Positions 1-11,265 of a stretch of DNA of 63,396 nucleotides are shown in pieces; position 1 is the stretch's first letter, and each line of letters starts with the position of its first letter. Origin of the DNA: Circinaria calcarea (taxonomy: Eukaryota). Below the pieces are notes generated by a model, which saw only the letters and a program-made list of their open reading frames with translations, was not told the DNA's origin and ran no database searches. Position numbers and translations under genes: made by a program. Location: contig JAVECS010000004.1 of NCBI GenBank assembly GCA_051942165.1, forward strand, positions 1 to 63,396, written 5' to 3'.

Positions 1-149
1 TGGTACATATCGATGACTACTTCAATATTCTTCCTTTGGTCGGACACGGTAGTATCATCTTTTAGCATCGCTTGCAATTCATTCATCCGCCTTGTAACGT
101 CAAAAACGGGGGGGACAGGTGTAGAAGGAGAAAAAGTAACGTTCGACAT
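1..149 (-). CDS. 5' end of a hypothetical fungal protein running off the window edge
   Basis: ATG at 149 opens MSNVTFSPSTPVPPVFDVTRRMNELQAMLKDDTTVSDQRKNIEVVIDMY with no stop to base 1. Absent from the ORF track because it is truncated. Resembles from memory an uncharacterised fungal family with PVPPxFDV...NIxAVIxMY. Confidence 0.55.
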   Translation of the reverse strand, partial: MSNVTFSPSTPVPPVFDVTRRMNELQAMLKDDTTVSDQRKNIEVVIDMY

Positions 150-393
150 AGTGCGTGACGTCTCAGAAGGTAGGATCACCAGGTAACGTGAAACGGGGCA
201 TTAGGACTTGCCACCTCCGTAAGCTCCCAGACTTCTTTCGTACTAGCTCCGTGTAAAAAGCTTATTCCGATGGGCGACCGAGAAATTACTCATCCTCTCA
301 CACTATCCTCTCGGGACAAAACTTACAAAAGCGGTCAGGTTCATTTACAGCATCCAGTTAATAGCCAGGGCACCCACCCTACTTATCCAGCAC

Positions 394-2120
394 AATCTAT
401 ATACTCTGCTTCAACAGCTCCGCCGAAATCAGTACAGCAGGTTCATCTGGATCGACGCCATGTGCATAAACCAGGGAGACGCGGAAAAAAGTGCCCAGAT
501 CCCTTTGATGCGATATGTGTATCAAGAGGCCCGGCGCGTGTTCGTGTGGCTTGGAGAAGCATCTGATATCGAAGAGGGCTCCTTGGCAATCCTCCCAGCT
601 CTTGCGCGAATCCTTGAGAAGACAATTCAGGAAGGGCACAAAGTTAATCCAGAGGTGCCAACGACTTTCGATTCTGTTGGGCTACCGATGCCTGATCATG
701 CTATCTGGCTTGCTCTGGGCGGTATCATGATGCGACCATGGTTCCGGCGGCTCTGGACGCTGCAAGAAGTAGTACTCCCGAGGACCATCCACCTAGCCCC
801 TGGAACGATCAAGTTGATGTGTGGTAACGAGTGTCTGGATTGGGATACTATCAATGACTTTGCTACGAGCCCATGGTATTGAAAATTGGACCATCACCGG
901 AGTTGTGGGTACGAGCAAAGAGGCCCTGAACGGCTATCATTCGCTTTACATGATTGATATATGTCACGACGCTTTCAAAAGGCTCAAGTGGGGGGTACCT
1001 CCCGCAATACTCATCGTTGTTATTCGTTGGAAAGAGGTCTCGAATCCTGTGGATCTCATTTTTGGCATGCTTGGCTTGGTGCCGCGAGGCACTAGTACTC
1101 AGATTACAGTGAATGTCTCTCTCCCAGTTCAGACGGTGTTCGTCGAGTTTGCAAAATACTATATCCGAAATCAGGTACAAGAATGCCTTCTCAACCACAC
1201 CTCGGCGATAACCAAGCTGGTTGGACTTCCTTCGTGGTGTCCGAATTTCGCCTCTCGTGAAGAGACAGCCTCACTGGGTAGCTGGTGGCTTGGTTATTTT
1301 ACTTGCCTGCTGCCATAGCCGATCAAAAGTATCATGCAGGCTTCGAAGCGGAGGGGAAATGGGCAACGCCAATCAACAAGCACAAGGATTGGACGGTCTT
1401 CGAAAACTTGCATCACCGACGAGACATCTTCCAGGATTTTTTCAATACCGACAACGCTCGCCAGATTGCTCTAGCACCGGATACCGACTATATTCGTGCC
1501 AGAGGCATAGCCTTGGATGAGGTGATGGAGATCATCGAGTGCAACGCGGGCATGGACTACCCACAGGATGACTTCCCGTCTGTTGACCAAATGCGACAGA
1601 CCGTACATTGGGAATCAGCTTGTCTTGCGTTGGCGAGGCGAACGTTGAGAGTGACAAGCGACATACCAGACGTATACTTGCGTACTCTTAATGCGAACTT
1701 GATGATCAGGGAAATGGAAGATGGTAGCACTAATTGGTGGGACAAAGGAGAGCGTATTAATACTTGCCAGAATACCAAGAAGTCCTGAAGACTTTTAACA
1801 CTGTTATCAATCACGTTTCATCAATCTATATTCCTTTTAGTCCAACTGCACACAGATACTGGGCCGGAGTCACACGAACGACACGTCGACGACGATTCTT
1901 CACTACCAGAAACGGACGTATAGGACTCAGGCCTTCTGATACGCACATTGGTGATACTGTCTGTGTCATTTTCTTTTGTCCGACGCCATATATCCTTCGC
2001 CAGGGACCTATAAGAAGCCGCCTTGTTGGTGAAGCGTATGTTCATGATCTCATGTACTCCCAGGCTCTTCATTTGCTGGACAGAAATCTAGTGAGTGGGA
2101 GTGAATGGATAATTGAATAG
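394..2120 (+). pseudogene. HET-domain (het-6-like) heterokaryon incompatibility gene, frameshifted
   Basis: HET motifs FIWIDAMCINQGD-EKSAQIPLMRYVYQEARRVFVWLG and RPWFRRLWTLQEVVL, then DLIFGMLGL, LPSWCPNF and C-terminal GRIGL..GDTVCVIF..TPYILR..LVGEAYVH. These are split over four overlapping ORFs in different frames (460-882, 821-1318, 1285-1788, 1764-2120). No N-terminal YxALSYxWG segment; in-frame stop at 244. Confidence 0.85.
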
Positions 2121-2282
2121 TGCAGAGAGGCCATGTCAAAACCTAAGCAGCCTGATCAGAATAAAAGTTGCCGAATAAAGAAGTTGTTATTTTCAATCCA
2201 AAGCGCTCGTTTTTGGAAACATAACTCATGGTGGGCATAGAAAGCTTGGCGAGTTCGCGATCGGCCGGTTTGGACGCCTAGG

Positions 2283-2664
2283 TGTTATGGCGCCAGCACC
2301 ATGACATGCGCTAAGGCCGGATGAGGGGTAGTCCCGGGTCGGGTCAACCGTGTACCGTGCTCATGGGTGCTCAGGGTATGAGCAGTAATGAGCAGGGAGT
2401 ATGCTCATGGGTGCTCAGGGCATGAGCAGTGATGAGCAGGGAGTATGCTCATGGGTGCTCAGGGCATGAGCAGTAATGAGCAGACCATTATATATAGCAG
2501 GCTATTCCCGCTCTTTAGAATAGCATGCTTATAGACCGTGTTCAATAGACTCCATACTATTGAGCCTAGGGCAACAGTTCAACTACACCCTATATAACCG
2601 TGCTATTACCAATCGAGACTTAATATATTCCTCATTAGGCCTCAAGGATTGCAGCGCCCTTACA
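2283..2664 (+). mobile_element. LTR-like repeat (solo or orphan retrotransposon LTR)
   Basis: Begins TGTTATGGCGC and ends GCGCCCTTACA (9/11 terminal inverted match, TG...CA). TATA-like TATATATAG near 2489. A 28-bp block is identical to an inverted copy at 24671-24698. No TSD found. Confidence 0.7.
2358..2483 (+). repeat. 44-bp tandem repeat, about 2.9 copies, inside the LTR
   Basis: Unit TGCTCATGGGTGCTCAGGGYATGAGCAGTRATGAGCAGGGAGTA starting at 2358, 2402 and 2446. Confidence 0.95.
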
Positions 2665-3040
2665 TATTTATTAATTATTAATATATTTTAAAAAATATTT
2701 TTTATATAAAAATAATTAAATATTATAAATAAATATCACTACACGATCTGTTGGTGGAATTATTATTATATTGAAAATTATTTAATCAGCTACGTTTAAT
2801 TAATAGAGATATATTATTATTATTACGCTAAGCCCTATTTAGTACCATGATTATAGTTATAATAATTAGCTATTAGGAATGCACCGTATTTTAATTAAAA
2901 TATTAAATAAATTTTTTAAATTATATTTCGCGCCTGTTATTTTTAACATTTATTAATTATATATAATTATCCCGAAAAATACGCGGTAGCGAAGCAAAAC
3001 CAGTTTGAGTTTCTGAAATAAGAAAAATATTTGATTTGGA
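2665..3040. other. Extremely AT-rich tract, probable RIP-degraded repeat relic
   Basis: Abrupt switch to TpA-rich, almost pure A/T sequence immediately after the LTR end; no ORFs. Confidence 0.6.
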
Positions 3041-3245
3041 GCAGCAAAACGGCTATTGTGGTGAGTCACGGTTAGTTGACGGGGTTTTTCGCCCGCTGCT
3101 TTCGTCAAGGCAATCGAGTTAAGTAGTCAAGCATTTAAGTCGCGCACATTTCGCGCCGCTTGTTTAATAAATTGGCCATCTCTGCCATCCAACACCTGCA
3201 AGCTCTGGCCCCGTGGTAAAAGCCCATTCGTTCTTTGTCACACTA

Positions 3246-4085
3246 TCACTCTTCCCCGTTCTTCTCTCCCCTCTTCTCCTCCTCCTGAGACTTTTCGTCC
3301 TGCTCTCGTTTACGCCTCTTGGCGTCGGAAGGGCTATCCTCTATCAGGTCACTCTGATCGTTCATCTCACTCCATTTCGGTTTGCCATCGGGGATGTCTA
3401 CCACGCGATGAGAGTAGAAGATGTGGCACCTATGGCATCGATTAGTCATAAGGTATCAATTCATGGGAACAGCGGAAATACGAAGGCGCAAATTTCGCCT
3501 TAGCTTCTTCATTGCCATGGAATTGAATCAATGACGGAAAAAGTAAGATCATATTTCTCCCTTCATCCATTATTGGGGAACGACAGTAAGCACAGCTGAT
3601 CTTGCATGGAAGCTTGTGCTTGGTCGTCTTCTCAGAGCTATCATACCAGCCGAGATCATGGTGGCCGTGCGTGAAGTTGATATCGTCTTTATGAAAGATC
3701 GAAGCCCATTGGAAAGGGGCACCTAGCAGAAATCAGTAAATATTGGTCAACTTTTCGATATCCATAAAAACATACCATGCAGTGTCTGACAGGTGGTACA
3801 ATGGCAGTACTTTGAGTCTAACGGCTTGTCCCTGCTCAGCTGGTATTTTACTCGGCCGCAATGACAGCCGCCCTCATAGACAACCTTGAAGTTGGGATCA
3901 TTGTCGTGTACCTTGTAGGGCGCACGATACTTCCAGTCATCAAGACCCATCTTGCTACTGGAGTCGGAGAAAGGTCTTGCTTGAAGAGCTGGACGTGTGA
4001 GACCGATTGTACTTCGTACGTTGATTCGCGAGATCAACGGTGATATTGCACGAAAACGAAATTGCACGATACCATTTATCAACAT
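3246..4085 (-). CDS. GFA/CENP-V (Mss4-like) zinc-binding protein, 3 exons
   Basis: EGGCHCGRV...YCHCTTCQTLHG, intron, APFQWASIF...CKISCAYCRSPIMDEG, intron, CHIFYSHRVVDIPDGKPKW. Second in-frame ATG at 3950. Confidence 0.9.
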
Positions 4086-4907
4086 GCTATGCTGCCTTGT
4101 GTTGGCAAGGGGTGATTGGAGTGTAACTTGTCAGTCGGATTTGATTCATTTTAAAGGGGTGTTCCGCTGCAGCCTTGGTTGTGCGTTATACAAGCGGTAT
4201 GGCCTACTTGAATTATGACGACATCATTGCCTTTACACATTTAGTCTATTCTGTACGAAGACTCGGAACTAAACTCGTTTAGGGAGTTAGCACGAAAGCC
4301 CTTCTGAAAGCATTACTAAATTTGCATTGACACATATTTATAATCACGACACCAAAACAATGATCGATTTAGTTCGAGAGTTACTACGTGTAAATCAAGT
4401 TAGAATTTTTTCTCATAACATTCTTTTAAACAGTTACACAACAGATCTCGCCCCGAGCGTGTCTACTATGAAGTGAACTTCTGTCGCGATGTAGTCATAA
4501 AAACTGCAACATGATGTATCAAGGCCTATATTCTGTCAGATATCACTCAGACCCTACGAGTTATGAAAATAAGCGAGTAGGTCTGGGTTCCTGGACAAGT
4601 ACGAAGGCACTTTGTGACAGGGCTGCTGTCTATCAGGGGTAGTTCCATGTAAAGGCAGCAGCCAAGGTTCGCTTCATTCTCAGTGGTTCGGCGGTCCGAA
4701 GTATACCTGTTTCCAAAGTCCACTCCTAAAAGTAGGTATCAAAATAAGTAAACGCCTCCGAAGTACATTGCTTGCAGAAAGGTAGGCTTGAGCTGAACTG
4801 TTCTTGACCAGGACGCTGCGTCTGCCAGATTCCTTCGAAGGCCATCAATTAGCTCCTCACATAAGAGTGACGTGAGCTTGTTGGGCCGGACGATCATGTT
4901 GAGGGAT

Positions 4908-7900
4908 TCATTCGTTAAAGAGGCTTTGCGCTTCTCGTTGATTGATGCCAAGAACGCTGACTAGATAATCTATCCTACAATACCGCCGGATCAGCGCTCC
5001 AAACTCCAAGTTTTAGACGGAGCCGTACTGCGAGAGGACTCGAATTAGGATAACTTACTGAGCTTCCCTAGCAAGTGTCTTTTTCACCTCCTGAAACCTT
5101 ATCTCGCACTGCCGCCAGGTCAGCAGCCTTTGCTCAGGTAATATGGACTTGATTCGCAGTTTAAAGGTTCCGCTGACCGGACGATGGTCAGATATGCGTA
5201 ACTCGTGGCGTTGATAGTGTAACTGCTTGATCCGACCAGCTCCTCGATACAGCAAACGATCGCACCATGCTGGCGATCGGTGTTTCTCGCTCGTGTCATA
5301 CTTGTCCGAACCAACATCGTATTTATAGGTAGGGGCGAATGTAATAGGAGCCTCGTCGAAAGCGCGTAATCGAAAGCCAGGATTCCTCCGACGGGAGACC
5401 AATAGCTGGTCTCTTTCCAGTAGTCTCGAAAGATTGTTAGCCTTCACCGCTTTGATGACAGCATCTCGACCCATTGTGTCGATTCGATAATTCAGATCCC
5501 CGTTAAGTATACATATTTCATGGTCCATAATCATCGCACCATCTCCTCCACCAATGAACCTACCGGAGCGACTTAGAGAGTCTCGCTCAATCGGAAGAGT
5601 AGCGGCTTCGAGGATTGCAGCAATGTCATTGTTACGGTTGACTGTTTGAGTCTGGCCAGCGGCCAAGTGACAGTTGGTGAAGCACAAAGAGGTATCGTCT
5701 AGGAGGAAACGCGTGATCAGGGCACCCTATTGGTTCCGTTAGAGTCTTGTGCTCATCGTGATATGACCTCCTACTTTATTTCCATGAAGACCGCCTATAC
5801 CTCGTTTAACTTCTGCAGCTTGGAGATTTTGTACATGAGTGCGTTCGGAGGCCTTCACAAAGACACAGCTAAAGAGTCCAACCATGCTAGCAGTGTGTAG
5901 TAAATGATAGGGTTCGTGTGAGGGCATGTTGTCTTCCAGCACGCGGACCAGATGATCTCGCCAGGCCCTGTACTGCCGGCTCATGTGTTCCTGCTCCGAA
6001 GAGTCTTTTTTTTTATTACCCATTAGTAGGCTTTCTGAGATGTATCAGCATATATCAAGACTTTAGACGGACTACACCAACTTGCAGTGAGTTTTTTATC
6101 ATCAAGGTCTACAAGTTCCTGGAAACCGAAAACTAATATGTCGGGTGGTTCGTTGACCTGAATAACCTCTCGGAAGAAATTACTATCTTGGTCCTCAGAT
6201 CGAAGGCTGGCAGGTGTCGTAGCTCCTGCATTCCAGGTTACTACAATAGTTTTGATTTCTCGGAATTCACAGTATTGAGTGTCATGCTCTTGCATGTCAG
6301 CCGCTGCAAGCTGTCAACAGACGGAAATGTCCATCCCGCATTTGATTCAGCTCACCTAGCCAGTCTTCTTCCAGCATACCGTCCCAAACTTTGATGAAGT
6401 TATCTAGCCCGATGGAAGCTACCTGTAAGCGACCAAGCTTCCATACACTGCTCCGATCTACCAGGATGCCGGCTATAGGATTATCGTGAGCTCGCCAGTC
6501 CTTTTTGACCAGCCAGGGCTGTATTCGAGTGTCGTAGACATACATCATTCCGGTATTGTATCCGGCCCACAGGTAGAAGCCAGCGCCAGCCAACGAGCTA
6601 ATCTTGTATACGCTAACGTTGATGACACCGAGACAATGGAATTCCGTTGTGGAGTAAATTGTGACCTTACCGTCAGTATGTCCAAAATATACCCTCTGAA
6701 GCTGACTGCTAATTACAGCGCCAGAGGTGATATCGCCAGTCCCAGATTGAGTGAGAGGTTGTTGCACCACGTAAAATGCCATATCTTCACTGGCGTTGGG
6801 ATTGAAGATCCGAATCTCCTTACCAGTTGCAAGCCATAGATAATCCTTGATAATAATAGAAAAGGTACAACCTTTGGAAACTTTATGAGTCTTTGGACTT
6901 TGCTTTAGGCTGGGCAAGCCACGGTCATCAGGTACCCAAACAAGAAGGTTGCCATCATCATCTAAAGACCACATTGAATTCTGATGCCGAAATATTTTTA
7001 TGATCTCCCGTCTGGCATGGGCACCTGACCTGGTCTGCACAATGTTTTGAGCTGGTATGTCAATTTCTTGAATGTCCCCGTAATTGTTACCTAACCAAAT
7101 TCGTAATCCCTCTTCTTCGGCAGTAGCGCCAGGCTTGAATGCCATTGAGGTTACCTTAACCTCCTTTTCACCAGGACTCAGATTTAGTATTAAATCTCCG
7201 GAAATAGTGTCCCAAGCTCTTGTAAGATACCCACTCGCACATACATATCGGCCGCAAACATCAAATAACCTAGTGTCGTATTTAGTCTCAATCTGTTGAA
7301 CACCCTCCCGTGCACGCGGTGGGCGTCTGTTTGATTGGGAGACATCTGGGTAGTTGGTAATTGAAGTTGGAGCGCCGTCGTTTCCATAATCCAGCGTGTC
7401 ACCCTCACGTATGTCAACAGAACGAACATGAGCTTGCAAGACAGTTGGTTGTTCCCCTGACGCATGCATCGACATGGATTCTGGTCCTCGAGCAATGTCA
7501 AAGAGCTTAGCGGAAAGAGAATGGTCTTGGTGAAGGAGAGATGTGCGTTTTGGGGGCGGTAACAATTTCATCGATGAGCTAGAGACATGGGCCGCTCGGT
7601 CAGATGTAGATGCATGTGGTCTGTACCTATCCACGCGATCTTCACGCCGTTGGAGATTTGGAAAATTTTCTGCCCTATCTGTTGGGATTTTGGGAATTTT
7701 GTTATTATCCCGGCGCGGTGGGAGGCTTGGTGGCTGTTCCGATAGGGAAAATCCATTCAGGCGCGCGTCAGTTTCCCCTTTACCAGCAAGAAGATCGGCT
7801 GGATCGACTAAGAGCTTTTCATCGTTGGAGTGATGTATTGGTGGACGTGAGAACTGATTCTCACGAGTATAAACCTTGGAAAACTTGGTGGCCTTGGTAG

Positions 7901-8788
7901 GTGCTAAGACAGTTGCCTCATTTGCAAGCGGTGTCTCCGCATTTGGGCTGCCCTCACTACTTGACGGTGTACTAAACGGAGATAAACGGTTAAGGTTGGA
8001 GGTTTCGGCATGCTCGAGAATAGTCCTTCCAGCTAGACGGCTGTCTGATGTTGGTTTCATCAGTATCTTAGGTTTATCTGCTCGGTTAACTGGCGGCGGT
8101 TGAGATAGAATCCTCTTAAACCTTCCGTTGGGGAATGTTTGAGATGAGCTGACTTTGGGCAGGGCCGTTTCAGGCACGGAGGCGTACTGAGACAGCTTAA
8201 GCTTCGAAGGATCACTTGGGAGGCACCCTTGTTCAACCGATTTCACAAATTGGGACTGTGATGATCTTCCAACGGTAGTTAGAGCAGCTGGAGCTGGAGG
8301 GGGTGGAGTAAGAGAGTGTGGGGTGAGTTGCAAGAATCTTGGTGGAGACCTTGAGTACTGGGCACTGGTGGCGCTTAGGTGCTGTTGTGGCGAAGACGGC
8401 CCTATTGATAAGGGACGCTGACGAGGTAATGGGTTTGACATTTGAGAATCAAGTGTAGACGTGCTTGAGATTTTAGGAGTCTCCTGCCTCAACTGGGAGG
8501 TTCCCGGTGAATGATCCCACGCCCAAGGCCTCCGCGGGACATCTAAGGACGATCGTCCGCCTGACCATGTTTCCTGTCTCTTTAGATCATGTCGCATAGG
8601 TAGTTTGGGTTGCTGCCCAGGCGCCGGCGCAGCGTTGGTAGCTCTTGTCGTAGTCATCCGCTCGAAGTGGGACAGTAGCGACGAGACTGGTTTCTGCAAT
8701 AATTTTGTTAATACCGTCCGAAGTTGTCATGAATCAAATTACCTACAATAGACGAGGCATCCATATTACTGTCTTCTGTAGGATCCAT
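4908..8788 (-). CDS. Inositol polyphosphate 5-phosphatase with N-terminal Pro-rich region and beta-propeller-like region
   Basis: 5-phosphatase motifs VTWNAG, DILVFGFQE, GNKG, NCHLAAGQ, GDLNYRI, PTYKYD, PAWCDRLL, SDHRPV. First exon MDPTEDSNMDASSI (ATG 8788) splices to KPVSSLL. Last exon IDYLVSVLGINQREAQSLFNE ends at stop 4908. Confidence 0.92.
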
Positions 8789-9264
8789 AATGGTTTAGAG
8801 TAAAGGTACACGGTATCTTCTCGATTTAATACTGCGGCGAAGCAGCTAAACACCGAGCATTCACAATGATTATTTCCAAGTTGATGCCAAAGACAAGGCG
8901 TCCAAGAACCCAACTTAGCGCACCTCGGAGCTCTCGTAGGCAGAATCAACATAATGCTGGCCATGGAAATGAAGTGAGCCAAGTCGGAAATAATACACAT
9001 ACTAGTAGACGTTAGCGGTATCCAACACAGCCGTTTCGACTTCTCCAGGTTTCGCTTTGAGAGGCGTTTGACGCTAGTTTAGTCTTGCATGAACCTTCTT
9101 TTTAGCTCCTCTATCGTCTAACAATGCAGACTCCACGTTCAGGATTCGATGCGCCTATTGCTGCCACAGGCTTGTAACGCTTCTTCTCCTCAGAGCTACC
9201 CGTACTTTCGAATTATCGAATACAGCCTCAGCTTGCCATTACCATACTTTGGACATTGACCGAT

Positions 9265-9853
9265 ATGTGGTAAATGTCTATACCCATTGACAAACTTTCC
9301 TTTATTGATCGGTCTGTTACCACGTAGTAAACACATTCTAAACGCGCAGGTCTCTATTAGATCACCGTGCTGTATGTTGCGGACTCTTAACTATTGAGAC
9401 ACACGGCTCATGCAAACGCGTTAAGGTCGAAAATGGTTTGATTGTGCGGAATGTCATTACGAGCAGGAAGACCACGATTTACTGCAACAGCTCGACATGG
9501 TAGATAATCTCCTTAATTTGGATCTGGCCAGAGCAGTGGTTTCTGACTTCGATCGCAGACGTTTGCATGCAAGAAATGCAAGAAATGCTTTCGCAAGGAC
9601 GCCCAGGAATTCGAGGAGAGGTAGGTTTATCTACGCGTCCTGGATACTCGTTATACTGAGGATCTTGAGTGACGAATACTGCCCACATTGTGATAACCAC
9701 TTTGTAATTGACGCTCTAACTCCGAAGCCGACTCTAAAGGTCGAAATGGAGGATGCCCGTATTGACTCCCGTATGCTAAAGGATGATCGACTTAGAGGAG
9801 AGCAGCCACGCAAGATATTCAATGTCAAGGATGCTCCTGATAGGCTTGGCTGA
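9265..9853 (+). CDS. CHY-type zinc finger protein, 5 short exons
   Basis: Spliced product MCKHILNAQVSIRSPCCRKWFDCAECHYEQEDHDLLQQLDMTFACKKCKKCFRKDAQEFEESDEYCPHCDNHFVIDA...; only the last exon is visible in the ORF track. Confidence 0.88.
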
Positions 9854-9992
9854 GAAGTAACGGGTCGGAAAATCAAGCATGTATGCATTTCTAGGATGCA
9901 AGGGTGCTTGTATTATTGCATCATAAACGATCTCAAACCATTCTGACTTGACATCAATCATGCCTCCCAAAGACTCCTAGTTATTGAACCGT

Positions 9993-11020
9993 TTAACTAT
10001 CTGAACCTTCACCCCCACCTCTTGTCAATATTGCTGCCGTTCCTGTGCCCGGGGTCCGACCGGTCTTTTTCTTTGCGGCCTCTTCCTGCTTCTCAGCTTC
10101 GATATTCTTGACGTACGACTCGATTTCCTCCGCTGGTAGCATCTCGATCGATTTACCCGGTGCCATGATAGCAATCTCGATATTCTTAGCTCCGGTCTGA
10201 ACTACCTCTAAAAGCGACTTGACTGCAAGCTTAATCGTCTCCTCCTGGTCCATCTCGTCTTTGTGATTGCGTTCTAGAAATTCGCGAACAGTCTTGCTAG
10301 ATCTTCCGATTGCATTAGCCTTCCTATGTTGGGGCTTAGCTGTGATATACTTTCAACTCATGTACTAATTCAAGACATACCAAGCCGAATAGATGCCTGA
10401 TGGCTCGGTTTGGTATAAACGCGGTGTCTTGTCCCCTTTGTCAAAGCCCACTATCAAAGTACTGAGACCGAAAGGCCTAACACCTCCACTCTGTGTGTAC
10501 CGTTGCTGCACACTAGCCACATATTTTGTGATGTACTCTATAGTGACTGGATCCTCCACAGTCAATCGATGTGACTGAGCCTCCAGCCTCGCTTTGTCGA
10601 CTAGTATTCGTGCATCTGCGTTGAGCCCAGCGAAGGCAAGACAAACATGTGTGTCGACAAGTCCGATTTTTGAGGGGGTGATTCTGGTGTCTTGTAGTTT
10701 CATTGCTGAGCGCTTCTCACAACCAAGCACTACCACCTCCTTACCCTTGACGCCCACAGCGCAAGTTCCTAACAACCATCAGCAGACACTCGAAGCTTAT
10801 AGAAGACTTTCTATACCCCGTTTTACAGCTTCTCCAGCATATTCCACCTGAAAAACATGACCATCCGGACTAAATGGTAAGGTGTAAGGATCTGTACATA
10901 TTTAAGCAAAGCAAACTGGTTGAGAATCCTACCTAAACACTGTAAGCCATTAGCAGGAATGACTATAGTGAGCAAAAGTCATGCTTTACCGGACAACGCT
11001 CTGTCGTATCCTGAAGCCAT
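9993..11020 (-). CDS. PRE6: 20S proteasome subunit alpha-4
   Basis: [31 protein letters not shown] alpha-subunit N-terminal signature; [40 protein letters not shown]. Confidence 0.97.
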
Positions 11021-11265
11021 ATTGGCTTGCTTTCAGGAGCTCTTTCTTATACTCGCGAGTAAATGAATCTAAAGCTCTTTGAATGCACTTTCAAAATCAG
11101 GGCCACGTTACTGTATATCCTTGCGCGTCACCCGTTTGCCTAAAGACGAGCTCTAGCTTTAGCCGTGGCGGACCTTTAGGCGACTTTAGCGCCTAGCTCA
11201 CAAATGAATCTCAATGCCCATCAGACTCATAAAACTTTAATCCTCTTCATTGGCCATAACCCGCT

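Noticed and set aside
2358..2483. CRISPR-like appearance of the regular repeat
   Set aside because: Contiguous tandem units with no unique spacers, in a eukaryotic LTR context.
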